Assembly: GCA_965285935.1 (NCBI GenBank)
Contig: OZ260667.1
Span: forward strand, 45,136,001 to 45,200,000
Reading direction: 5' to 3'
DNA length: 64,000 nucleotides
Source of the DNA: Ophelia neglecta
Taxonomy: Eukaryota
A program made the translations under genes and the position numbers. Positions 54,427 to 64,000 of this stretch are shown one piece after another. A model generated the notes under the pieces. It was not told where the DNA came from and ran no database searches. It worked only from the letters and a program-made list of their open reading frames with translations. How positions within the stretch are numbered: the stretch's first letter is position 1; every line of letters begins with the position of its first letter.

Positions 54427-55566
54427 TTACTGGTAGTGTCCTACGGGGAGACCCTGTGTCTGCCAACCCGGGGTAGATAGACCATAAGCCATTCCTGTAT
54501 GGCTGCTGCTCACAAGGGTAGTGGAGGGGCTGGCTGCAGGTGTGTACTGGTTCTTCAGGGTGACAGAGTGCTCTACTTGCCGACGTGCCAGTCTTCTGTC
54601 AAAGTCTCCGGCTTGGAAGGCCTCCAGACAAGCTGCGTGGATGCCCCAGAAGTAGCCCTTGCCGTTGCGTGCTCGTCCACACTTGATGAAGCAGCTGTTG
54701 GTGGAGAGGTTGTGTCTGATGGAGTTCCTCCAGGAATGTTTGGCAGTGTGGTAGTAGGGGTAGTTGTCCAAGATGTACTTGTAGATGTCTCCAAGCAGCA
54801 GACGGCCTTCTCTGGAGGTCATGATGGCCTTGGCTATCATGCAGGTATACGAGTCCTCTGGCTTCTCCAACTCACTGGAGGCAGTGTTCTGGGCAGGCAT
54901 ACACTGGATTGGCTGATGGCTGACAGGAAGTCTGGGGGCTGGTCGCTGGTAGTAACCCTGGCTCCTCACCGGATGGGGTGAACTGAAGTCTGGCTGTGGC
55001 ATTGAAGACAGGCATTGCTCCAGCATACTGAGAACAGAACTGTCTGGAGATTCTGTACTAGTACTAGAGTATCCAGAGTCTGGGGAGTCACAATATCTAG
55101 CAGTGTAGCCACTTTCTTGAGAAATCATAGATTCTGGAGAACTGAGCAACAGGTCCACATCTTGAGCACTGAGGAAGGGTAGAGGACCAGATGATAGGAG
55201 GTCTAGGTGATCATCCAAGTGCTCAGGTACAGCTATGGTTGTGGTGGGACTCACTGTGACTGGGGACCGGTAGATGTCATCTGGCATCTCACCACACATC
55301 TGAATCAAGTCAGCAAACAGATCTGTTGATGGTATACAGTCCTCTGTCAGGCTGCTAGTCGGATAACTCTCCGGGGTCTGCTCCTCAACATCAACAATGT
55401 CCTCCAGGCAGAAGTTGGCAATGTAATTGTCTATTGCAGGGTCAGTAGTATAGGTTGGCTCATTAAGCTGTTCTTTCATGGATTCGTTGATGTCATTAAG
55501 ACAGGAGAACAGCTCAGCGTAGATGTCTGACTGGCTGGTGGACTGGGATGTGACAACTGGCTCCAT
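54427..55566 (-). CDS. foxQ2: Forkhead-box transcription factor, FoxQ2-type, intronless (paralog 1, 379 aa)
   Basis: Forkhead domain KPEDSYTCMIAKAI...LGDIYKYILDNYPYY...WRNSIRHNLS..CFIK. The wing region GRARNGKGYFWGIH...FQAGDFDRRLARRQV matches the FoxQ2 signature (NGKGHYWAIHP...GDFRRR). Confidence 0.9.
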   Translation of the reverse strand: MEPVVTSQSTSQSDIYAELFSCLNDINESMKEQLNEPTYTTDPAIDNYIANFCLEDIVDVEEQTPESYPTSSLTEDCIPSTDLFADLIQMCGEMPDDIYRSPVTVSPTTTIAVPEHLDDHLDLLSSGPLPFLSAQDVDLLLSSPESMISQESGYTARYCDSPDSGYSSTSTESPDSSVLSMLEQCLSSMPQPDFSSPHPVRSQGYYQRPAPRLPVSHQPIQCMPAQNTASSELEKPEDSYTCMIAKAIMTSREGRLLLGDIYKYILDNYPYYHTAKHSWRNSIRHNLSTNSCFIKCGRARNGKGYFWGIHAACLEAFQAGDFDRRLARRQVEHSVTLKNQYTPAASPSTTLVSSSHTGMAYGLSTPGWQTQGLPVGHYQ

Positions 55567-55656
55567 CTGGCTGGTAGTAGTATAAATCTTGTTGAGAGGC
55601 TGCGTAGATTATCAGAAGTGCTGAGTAGATCTGAGGAACTACTGGAGTACATCATC

Positions 55657-55663
55657 TTTTATA
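55657..55663 (-). promoter_or_regulatory. TATA box of FoxQ2 paralog 1
   Basis: TATAAAA ~90 nt upstream of the ATG; conserved at the equivalent position in paralog 2. Confidence 0.7.
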
Positions 55664-55961
55664 CAAAGTATGTGACAAGTGACAAGCCAGGTGAATTATG
55701 CTAATTGTGTTAGTAGTGACACTGTCTCTGTGAGTAGTGGCCCTGACTTTGTGAATAGTGCCTTATTGTTCTACACTGATTTTAATTGCACTCTGGCAGG
55801 CTTTGGGCAGCACAATTGTGATTCAGTTGCTTGTTGATTTCTGGCCAGTCAGAGATGATAATCAGAGCACTGCTCTCAGGTGTGAATTGCAGTCAGCTGA
55901 TTGGGTTATAACAGATGTGTGATTTGAGATCATTTGTGGCATTTGCTGAAATGTGAGAATA

Positions 55962-56125
55962 TCCCAGTAAGGTGTGTAGTGATTGGCCTGTTCAGAGGTG
56001 TGACTAGCCCTGTAAGGTGTGTAGTGATTGGACTGTTTACAAGTGTGACTAGCCCTGTAAGGTGTGTAGTGATTGGACTGTTCACAAGTGTGACTAGCCC
56101 TGTAAGATGTGTAGTGATTGGACTG
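55962..56125. repeat. 45-bp tandem repeat (~3.6 units) in the FoxQ2 paralog 1 promoter
   Basis: Unit ccctgtaaggtgtgtagtgattggactgttcacaagtgtgactag. Confidence 0.95.
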
Positions 56126-56519
56126 CTTGTCCTGTGGTATATGACTTCTCTGAAAAACTGTTAATATGTCTATTGCTGTGATACATACTTACTAAGGGAT
56201 GAGGAAAGTATTACAATTCAGAAATAATGTCTGACAATCTAAAGGAATAATCTGCATGCAAGATTTAAGAAAGGGTCTAGATGGCTATATGTTGCTTATT
56301 TTTTTATCTTTATTCTGTCTGAGGCTCTCTGATGGAAATATCAAGTATCCTTCCATATAAATTTGGGCCAAACTGGAAAATGTATTAAAGCGGTGAGGCT
56401 GAAATTGATGTTTCTGAGGAGAAACTAATTCACTTTTGGGGTTAATCTGCATTTATTAGGGTTGCAAGAGCAACACCAAATAAAAAAGAGGGATTCTTCA
56501 TCCCTCATATAATTTCTTT

Positions 56520-57090
56520 AGTTGTTCAGCTAGGCCTTTAAAATGTATTGGAACCATATAGAAAAGTTATACATTATGATTCTGATTGCATTTGCTTTGA
56601 TCTAGTTTCAAGGTCAAATTGATAAAATCCTGATTTCTGCCTTTATTTTAGCAGGTAAAGCCTACAAATAAATTGGGAACCTATAAAAGAAGACCACATT
56701 TTTGCATCTTATGGAGTTCTCAGATATAACCTTGTCTCCATTTTCATGGTCAAATTACAAAAATGATGAATTCAGCTTGTTTTTGTGCAGCAAAGACCTA
56801 GAACGACAGTGGAAACCTATAGAAAACCACATTTTTTTATATCTTTTTGAGTTCTTAAATTTGATATTGTTGACCATTTTCAAGCCAGTTTAAAAAAATA
56901 ATTAATTCAGCTTTTCCATTAGCAGTTAGAGCTTAGAACTACATTATGAACCTATATAAAACTACTTTTTTCGCGCCTTACTGATTCTCAGATTTGTCCT
57001 TGGTGTGGTTTTTTAAGGGTAAATTACAAAATTATAAATTCAGCCTTTATTATAGCAGTTAGAGCCTAGAAGTACATGAGGGTCTTACAA
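56520..57090. repeat. Degenerate ~135-bp tandem repeat (~4 units), probably the subterminal array of a DNA transposon
   Basis: aacctata at ~56678, 56814 and 56949; aattcagc and agcagttagagc recur with the same period; followed by a CpG-rich block (57100-57720). Confidence 0.7.
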
Positions 57091-60085
57091 TAAGTATTTA
57101 TAAGTGCGTTTTGAAATGTCAGCGCGGCCATCCGACAGCTCTCAGGGCCTCCAAGTGCCTGAATAGTGCCAATTTGGATGCTGAGAATAATTGCCTGCTA
57201 TACTTATACACACATATATTCTTATATATACGCTTCATCATAACACACGCACCGAGTGACTGCAATCTTTAAGGACATTTTCAATCTAGCCATTAGGTAT
57301 ATCAGTGACTTCATACATACATGCCTTGCTTGAAAAAAGGTGGCGATAGGAAACCTTGTCAAAAGCATTAGCAAATTCCATCACAACGAGGTCAGTTTGT
57401 TTTCACGTCGTCAGTTTGTTTGCCTGGTCCTGAATGAAGTCTGCTAAATGAGTCTCGCATGCGAGAAACCATGTTAGCCAAGGTGAGCATCGCAGAGTAC
57501 ACTCTGCACTGTGACTGTAAGAATAGGGTGTTGAGACACATCGGACCACAGACCGGGCTGACAGCGTGCAGTGTGACATGCCTGGTGACTTTGCCGGCGA
57601 GTATATCACAGATGTGGCACATGGGTGATACACTACCCCAAGGACGCCATATAGCTACTGGTTTTATATGGCTTCGTGAACCCATAATACATAGTCTTTC
57701 GTTGTGACATAAGTAGACTTGCAAAATTCACCAGTATTTATTTTGTTCAGCATTGTCCAAAAGAGTTTTTTTTTGGATGTAATATTTAGTTCTCTTCATT
57801 TATAAAAGTTAACCAATTTCATATGATTGGGTGTTTTCTTGAACAAAGCGTTATCTTTCACGAGTGCCTAGACTCCACACACAACCTGTTTAATCCCTGT
57901 TGGTGCTTTTTTAAATTAAAATAATATATATGCGTGTTTAGATTAGTGTCTATATATTGTTTTTTACAATTTGTCAATCAGAAGATAGTTATTTGTACAA
58001 TATCCTTATGGGATAAATACTCGGGAGTATTGTAAAATATATAAGATTGTGACCGGAGGAAAACAGCATTCGAGTGTGCATCACCGCAGCAACGTTCCTC
58101 TAGACTTCATGTTCAAGGTATTTTTAAGTAATATTTTTAGTATACTGCCAGATGCACAAGGGGACAAGGAAGGAACTTTTTTTACATGTTATGTCTACAG
58201 ACAATATTAGTTTAATAAATGTGCTATTAAAATATGTAGATGACCTATTTAAATCTGGAGAGTACTCCCTTGCTCAACAACCTTGATATTGTTTTATCAT
58301 GTTATTGCTTTCTAACACAGTTGCTTATATATATTTCTTTTCAGTCGTGATATTCACAAGGTTTGTTTTGGCTTTAATTGTAATGTTATAAGAGTACTAA
58401 TTTTATCATTTTGGTGTAATCTAGTCAATCATATTTTAAAAACTCTTGCATGCTTTAATTTTATGGATTGGGTGTACCAGGGGTAACTAATTTATTATCA
58501 TCAAGTTAAAATACTTTTTATATCTGATATGTTGCATTTGCATTTTATTGTTTTGCATGTTTCTTTTCGCCTACCTTTAATGCAACCTTTCGGGTAGAAA
58601 TAAAAAAGGGGTGTTTGGGTCTGAGCAAGAAAAAAATAGTATCATTATACAAAAAAAAATTGTTGTTAGAACCTGAGAAAATAAACTAAGTTTATATTGT
58701 AAACATAAAATTTCTTATAAAGACTAATAAGACTTCTTCTTATTTTTGTACTACAGTAAAGATGATACGATATAGTCATGTCATATATGGATTGAAAGAG
58801 GCCAGTTAGTAGGTGCTCGTTCAACTAAAAATATTTACTATTTACCAACTATATTAAACAGAGTAGAGATAAAAGGTCAAATTAGGACCTAGAGTAAAAA
58901 TATTTCTTCAAAGACCTGAAGGTTTACGGTCACCTACCTAAATTGAACATTTTTGTTACAGTTACCTAATACACATTGTAATAGACAACCTTTACTTTCC
59001 AATAAATTAGCCTGAGCCTATACAAATTCCCTTATCTGCGATTAATACATCATAATAAAAACTTAACATATGCTGATTTAATTCACAAATGGTTCCTGTA
59101 GATAGTGATAGTGAACATATTTATTTTGCTCTTAATACAATAACATAAAAAGATTAAACATACACAAAAGGAAAAGTACATTTCAAATCAGCCACAGTGA
59201 GCAGAGGAGACCCCCACTAGTAGAACCACAAAGCACCTGCATGTGTCACAAGGTCAAATAGCCATGCATAAGAAAACTTGTTTTGTCTGACAAGGGCTTA
59301 GCAATATGTTTTTCCACAATCTCGTATATAAACGTTTTCTACATTCCAAGCCCATGTTCCACATGTCACTCTGGCTTTTATTCAGTGCATCATGCATTTG
59401 TCTCATGAAGTAGGAGGGGGTGGGTTTGTTTCTGATCCTTAGGGTGGCCCTTTTTGAATAACCGCAAACGAGGAATTTACGCTTTAATTAATCTTGAATC
59501 AGGATTTGACATTTTTCTTTCATTCAGAATCAAATATTTTTGTTTTCTGTTACCTGGGAATGTTCTGTTTAATCTCCCATGGCTACTGGTCCTATTCCCA
59601 AATATCGGGATACGGGAAATAAATTATTCCTTTTTATATGAATACTTCAGATTTTTCATGTCTGTTAGTTGGGATGTGCTGATTTTTCAAACTTGGAACT
59701 AAGAATAAGGAATGGGCATTTTAAAGATCAAATCATTAAAATCAAGAATTCTTGGTTTATTTAAACAGTAACGGGTCTCGCAAAAAGAGGATCCTGATCC
59801 CATTAAGATGAAACAGGTAATTATTAGCCAATCAGTGGTCAGGTCAGGTGTGAATATACTTTTATTAAGGAATATCAGTAATAAACAAAGATTGTTTCAC
59901 TGGAAATATTGTTAGAACTTTTGTCAAAATTAAGCTACAAAAATTGTCCCTCATTTATTTTCTTGTGGTTTTAAGCCACAGGAACCACAATTACGTGTAT
60001 ATCACTAATTTGCTCTTAACGAGAGATGGAAGCAGCTTGATTCAATTTCAAATGGAAACACAAACACTAAATTTCAATTTAAATA

Positions 60086-60091
60086 TTTATT
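60086..60091 (-). terminator. Polyadenylation signal, FoxQ2 paralog 2
   Basis: AATAAA in a block nearly identical to that of paralog 1. Confidence 0.65.
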
Positions 60092-60376
60092 TACAAATGA
60101 ATGAAATACATACAGATGATTCGATTTGATAGCACTATGTACATGGATACGATAAAGCACCTTAATAAGTTATATCTTGACACACAGAACACACACGATG
60201 TGTTACATGGAGTAGCTCTCAAGACTATCTGGAAAAACAGAGTTCACTTTCACTTGAATGTCACTGTCATTAGAACACAAGGTATTGGTATTTCTTTAGT
60301 GTCACTATCACTGGTAATATTTTCATAAATATCACAATGTATCACAATATACAGTCTTGGTGTTGAGTTCCGTGGG

Positions 60377-61519
60377 TTACTGGTAGTGTCCTACGGGGAG
60401 ACCCTGTGTCTGCCAACCCGGGGTAGATAGACCGTAAGCCATTCCTGTATGGCTGCTGCTCACAAGGGTAGTGGAGGGGCTGGCTGCAGGAGTGAAGTGG
60501 TTTTTCAGGGTGACCGAGTGCTGTACTTGACGACGAGCCAGTCTTCTGTCAAAGTCTCCAGCTTGGAAGGCCTCTAGACAAGCTGCGTGGATGCCCCAGA
60601 AGTAGCCCTTGCCGTTACGTGCACGTCCACACTTGATGAAGCAGCCGTTGGTGGAGAGGTTGTGTCTGATGGAGTTCCTCCAGGAATGTTTGGCAGTGTG
60701 GTAGTAGGGGTAGTTGTCTAAGATGTACTTGTAGATGTCTCCAAGCAGCAGACGGCCTTCTCTGGAGGTCATGATGGCCTTGGCTATCATGCAGATGTAC
60801 GAGTCCTCTGGCTTCTCCAACTCACTGGAGGCAGTGTTCTGGGCAGGCATACACTGGATTGGCTGATGGCTGACAGGAAGTCTGGGGGCCAGTCGCTGGT
60901 AGTAACCCTGGCTCCTCACTGGATGGGGTGAACTGAAGTCTGGCTGTGGCATTGAAGACAGGCATCTCTCCAGCATACTGAAAACAGAACTGTCTGGAGA
61001 TTCTCTAGTACTAGTACTAGAGTATCCAGAGTCTGGGGAGTCACAATATCTAGTAGTGTAGCCACATCCTTGAGAAGTTATGGACTCCGGAGAACTCAAC
61101 AACAGATCAACATCTTGAGGGCTGAGGAAAGGTAGAGGACCAGATGACAGGACGCCTAGGTTTTCATCCAAGTGGTCAGGTACAGCAATGGTTGTGGTGG
61201 GACTCACTGGGACTGGGGACTGGTAGGGGTCATCTGGCATCTCACCACACATCTGGACCAGGTCAGCAAATAGCTCTGTAGATGGCTGTCTGTCCTCTGT
61301 CAGGCTGCTAGTGTGATAACTCTCCTGGGTCTGCTCCTCAACATCAGCAAAGTGCTCCAGGCAGAAATTGGCAATGTAGATGTCTATTGCAGAGTCAGTA
61401 GTATAGGTTGGTTCATTAAGCTGTTCTCTCATGGAGTCATTGATGTCATCAAGACAGGAGAAGAGCTCTGTGTATATGTCAGACTGGCTGGTGGACTGGG
61501 ATGTGACAACTGGCTCCAT
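60377..61519 (-). CDS. foxQ2: Forkhead-box transcription factor, FoxQ2-type, intronless (paralog 2, 380 aa)
   Basis: Same domain; collinear, highly similar tandem copy of 54427-55566 with an intact ORF. Confidence 0.9.
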   Translation of the reverse strand: MEPVVTSQSTSQSDIYTELFSCLDDINDSMREQLNEPTYTTDSAIDIYIANFCLEHFADVEEQTQESYHTSSLTEDRQPSTELFADLVQMCGEMPDDPYQSPVPVSPTTTIAVPDHLDENLGVLSSGPLPFLSPQDVDLLLSSPESITSQGCGYTTRYCDSPDSGYSSTSTRESPDSSVFSMLERCLSSMPQPDFSSPHPVRSQGYYQRLAPRLPVSHQPIQCMPAQNTASSELEKPEDSYICMIAKAIMTSREGRLLLGDIYKYILDNYPYYHTAKHSWRNSIRHNLSTNGCFIKCGRARNGKGYFWGIHAACLEAFQAGDFDRRLARRQVQHSVTLKNHFTPAASPSTTLVSSSHTGMAYGLSTPGWQTQGLPVGHYQ

Positions 61520-61611
61520 CTGGCTGGTAGTAGTATAACTCTTTCTTGTAGAGGCTGTGTTGACTACCAGAAGAGCTGAGTAGATCTGAGGAACTACTGG
61601 AGTACATCATC

Positions 61612-61618
61612 ATTTATA
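61612..61618 (-). promoter_or_regulatory. TATA box of FoxQ2 paralog 2
   Basis: TATAAAT at the homologous position. Confidence 0.7.
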
Positions 61619-62938
61619 CCATATATTTGACAAGTGTCAAGCCAAGTGAAGGACAGTCACTCTATGAATAGTGACACTGTCTCTGTGAGTAGTGGCACTG
61701 ATTCTGTGAGTAGTGCCCCATTGTTTACGACTGATTTCAATTGCAATCTAGTAGGCTACTGGCAACACAATTGGGTTTCCATTGCTTATTGATTTCTGGA
61801 CAGTCAAAAGTGAGAATCAGAGCACTGCTCTCAGGTGTGAATTTGCAGTCAGTTGATTGGGTTATAACAGAGGTGTGATATGTGATACATGATGATATAC
61901 ATGTATGTTGAATGTAACTCTAGAGGTGAGAATACCCCGCTATGATGTGTAGTGATTAGACTGTGTGTCCTGTGGTTAATGTCTAGTCTGACAACCTGCT
62001 AAGTGTGTTTATTGCTGAGTTACAGACTCACTCAGATCAGACTTCTACATCTTCATCATAATTTAGGATACATTCATGAGAATATTGCCCCAATGTGTGT
62101 GTATGATGAGGGAATTATCTGACATAATAAACGTCATAATATTTATCATCAGCTGACAATCTAAATGAATTACCAGCATGTAGTTATTAAAGATATACTT
62201 AGGCATCTTTTGTATGATTTCTTGACATTTCAAACAGGGGTCAGTGTGATGAAGCTGTCGGGTCATTGACCTGAGACCCGTCTGCTATCTAGAACCGTCT
62301 ATTAATCCTATATCTCTGATCAACTTGTATCTTTCTTTATTGTGAGGTATTCGGATTTGTTTTGACCAATGGCATTTTATATTTTTTTCAGTAACTGAAA
62401 ATTAGAAGAAATGTTTGAACCAAACATTAAGCAAGCATTTCATTTCCTAACACATTGAAAACAGCTGTTTAACACTGAATTGCAATTATTACCATTTCAG
62501 TATCAAACTTTTACTTGTGATATTTCATTGAATTTATAATAATAAATTTCTGGAAGAACAGTGTCATCATTTGCAAAAAAAAACAAGGGTGTTTCTTCAA
62601 GTAATTATGTATGTGTTAAGTGATGATATCTGGCCAGTAGTACAAGCTGTGAATTAAGTTCAATTAACAGGTGGCATACATAACCCATTACTCACACATA
62701 TCTATATCTAACTAACAGGCCATTTCACACAGGCCTGGATATCTACTGACATTCCATATTTATAATGCTATTGGGTTTTAATTGAGGGCATGGTTAACAT
62801 GTCCATTTGAAATTGTGTACCATCAGAAAAGCACTAGGAAGAATTTAAAAGGTTTAATTTTTTACCCAAACCATCGATGATCCTTGGAAAATGCCCATTT
62901 GCCATTGGCTTCACTTATAACAGGAAAAAACATGAGCA

Positions 62939-63026
62939 TGGGCATGTAGGCCCAGGGCCTATCATTTTAGCGGGGGGGGGGGGGGGCTGGGCATGTAGGC
63001 CCAGGGCCTATCATTTTAGCGGGGGG
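62939..63026. repeat. Perfect 39-bp direct duplication joined at a poly-G tract
   Basis: tgggcatgtaggcccagggcctatcattttagcgggggg at 62939-62977 and 62988-63026. Confidence 0.9.
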
Positions 63027-63558
63027 CCTATTTAAATGCAACCCTCCCGGCCTAGCTGGCCAGTACACATTTTGGCATGCCATTTGTGCCAGGCCCTTCT
63101 GAATTAAAACTGTGCCTTCTGATTTAAAGTTACTGACCATGTGGGCCAGAAGAAATGTTGTTCTTATTTCTTTCCCTTCTTATAACATTTAATTTTCTAC
63201 CCGAAACCTTGGAATTTGCCTATTTGCCATTGGCTAATGATTCTGGAGTTTGGCTCATAGGTCCCAAGAAACATTAGCCCATGTTGCAATTTGCTTTTGT
63301 GAGACAGGATGCAAGTTAGAAAACTTTGGCTTTGTGTCAAACATAAATAGTATGCTTTCTGCTCTTTGCAATGTTAGCAATTAAACAGTAAATTATTTAC
63401 AATTATATTAATCATAGTGGTTCTGTAGCATACATCCAAAACAGCCACATGTGCTGGGGCTCATTTTTGGTAGGAAATAAAATTATCTCAATTGCAAGAT
63501 TAACACTAATGACTGATCGGTTTATTTTTTATTCCAGTTTTAGTGTACTGGCAATATA

Positions 63559-64000
63559 CTGTAAACCCCTTAAATTTCGCGAGCCTTTAAGTTCGCGAGT
63601 TTCGCGAATACCTAAAAAACGCTAAAATTAAAGGTCGCGAAAATTCTAACAATTTACCGGCCTATAAGTAGGCCTACCATAGCGGTAATCAGGTAACGAC
63701 TTGGTGCCTGTTTTGAACTGTTGAACAACTCGCCAACACACCATATTGGAGCAGTCGGGCTTACGTCACCACCGCTGATTTGAGACTACTTCACTAGGTG
63801 AAAACACCACAGGCTCAGCACTAGTTACATGCTAAATTCGGCATTTTAAACGCTCGATTGTCAATTAACTATCTGATATAAAGAGGGAATGTTATGGGAT
63901 TCTGATTCTTTATGATAAAACGAACATGACAGATGAAAACCGTATATGATTTTGGTCGAGTTTAAAGCTTACAGGGCAATTCTTATTTGACTCTTTTAAC
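63559..64000. mobile_element. Left end of a young CpG-rich non-autonomous DNA element (TA|CTGTAAA..., TTCGCGA repeats); right end not seen
   Basis: tactgtaaa start followed by repeated (T)TCGCGA palindromes and CpG-rich sequence, unlike the CpG-poor flank. Confidence 0.5.

Larger units (their letters stand above)
54057..62033. repeat. Tandem segmental duplication: ~54057-56195 vs ~60026-62033
   Basis: By-eye alignment covers the 3' UTR, the CDS and ~500-600 nt of promoter; the ~3.8-kb spacer is unrelated to the flanks. Confidence 0.9.

Noticed and set aside
54499-54981. 160-aa plus-strand ORF and other ORFs overlapping the FoxQ2 genes
   Set aside because: Antisense or off-frame shadows of the forkhead CDS.
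55934-56164. ORF with PVRCVVIGLFTSVTS repeats
   Set aside because: Translation of the 45-bp promoter repeat; non-ATG start.

Overview
AT-rich metazoan genomic DNA, probably a marine invertebrate (lophotrochozoan/mollusc-like; inferred, not proven). It is not prokaryotic and has no CRISPR array, rRNA or tRNA. (1) Most of the window (1-49.1 kb, minus strand) is one large spliced gene that I assembled by hand from GT-AG sites. Fifteen exons join with consistent phase and no stops into at least 1810 codons. They include a 1000-codon exon (1-3000) that the ORF track misses because it runs off the window. The product is a largely low-complexity/disordered protein with a partial KRAP/ITPRID/TESPA1-like motif (AEEMLMNLGF...LPERF), many short linear motifs, and an exon-encoded acidic helical repeat. 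There are at least three extra phase-compatible alternative first coding exons. (2) Two intronless tandem FoxQ2-type forkhead paralogs (54.4-55.6 kb and 60.4-61.5 kb, minus) have duplicated promoters and 3' UTRs, and one has a paralog-specific promoter minisatellite. (3) The introns carry a 679-bp TIR element encoding only a THAP zinc finger, a GC-rich structured ~300-nt block behind a TATA box, minisatellites and MITEs. An L2/CR1 RT relic split by a MITE lies at ~52 kb, between the large gene and the FoxQ2 pair.
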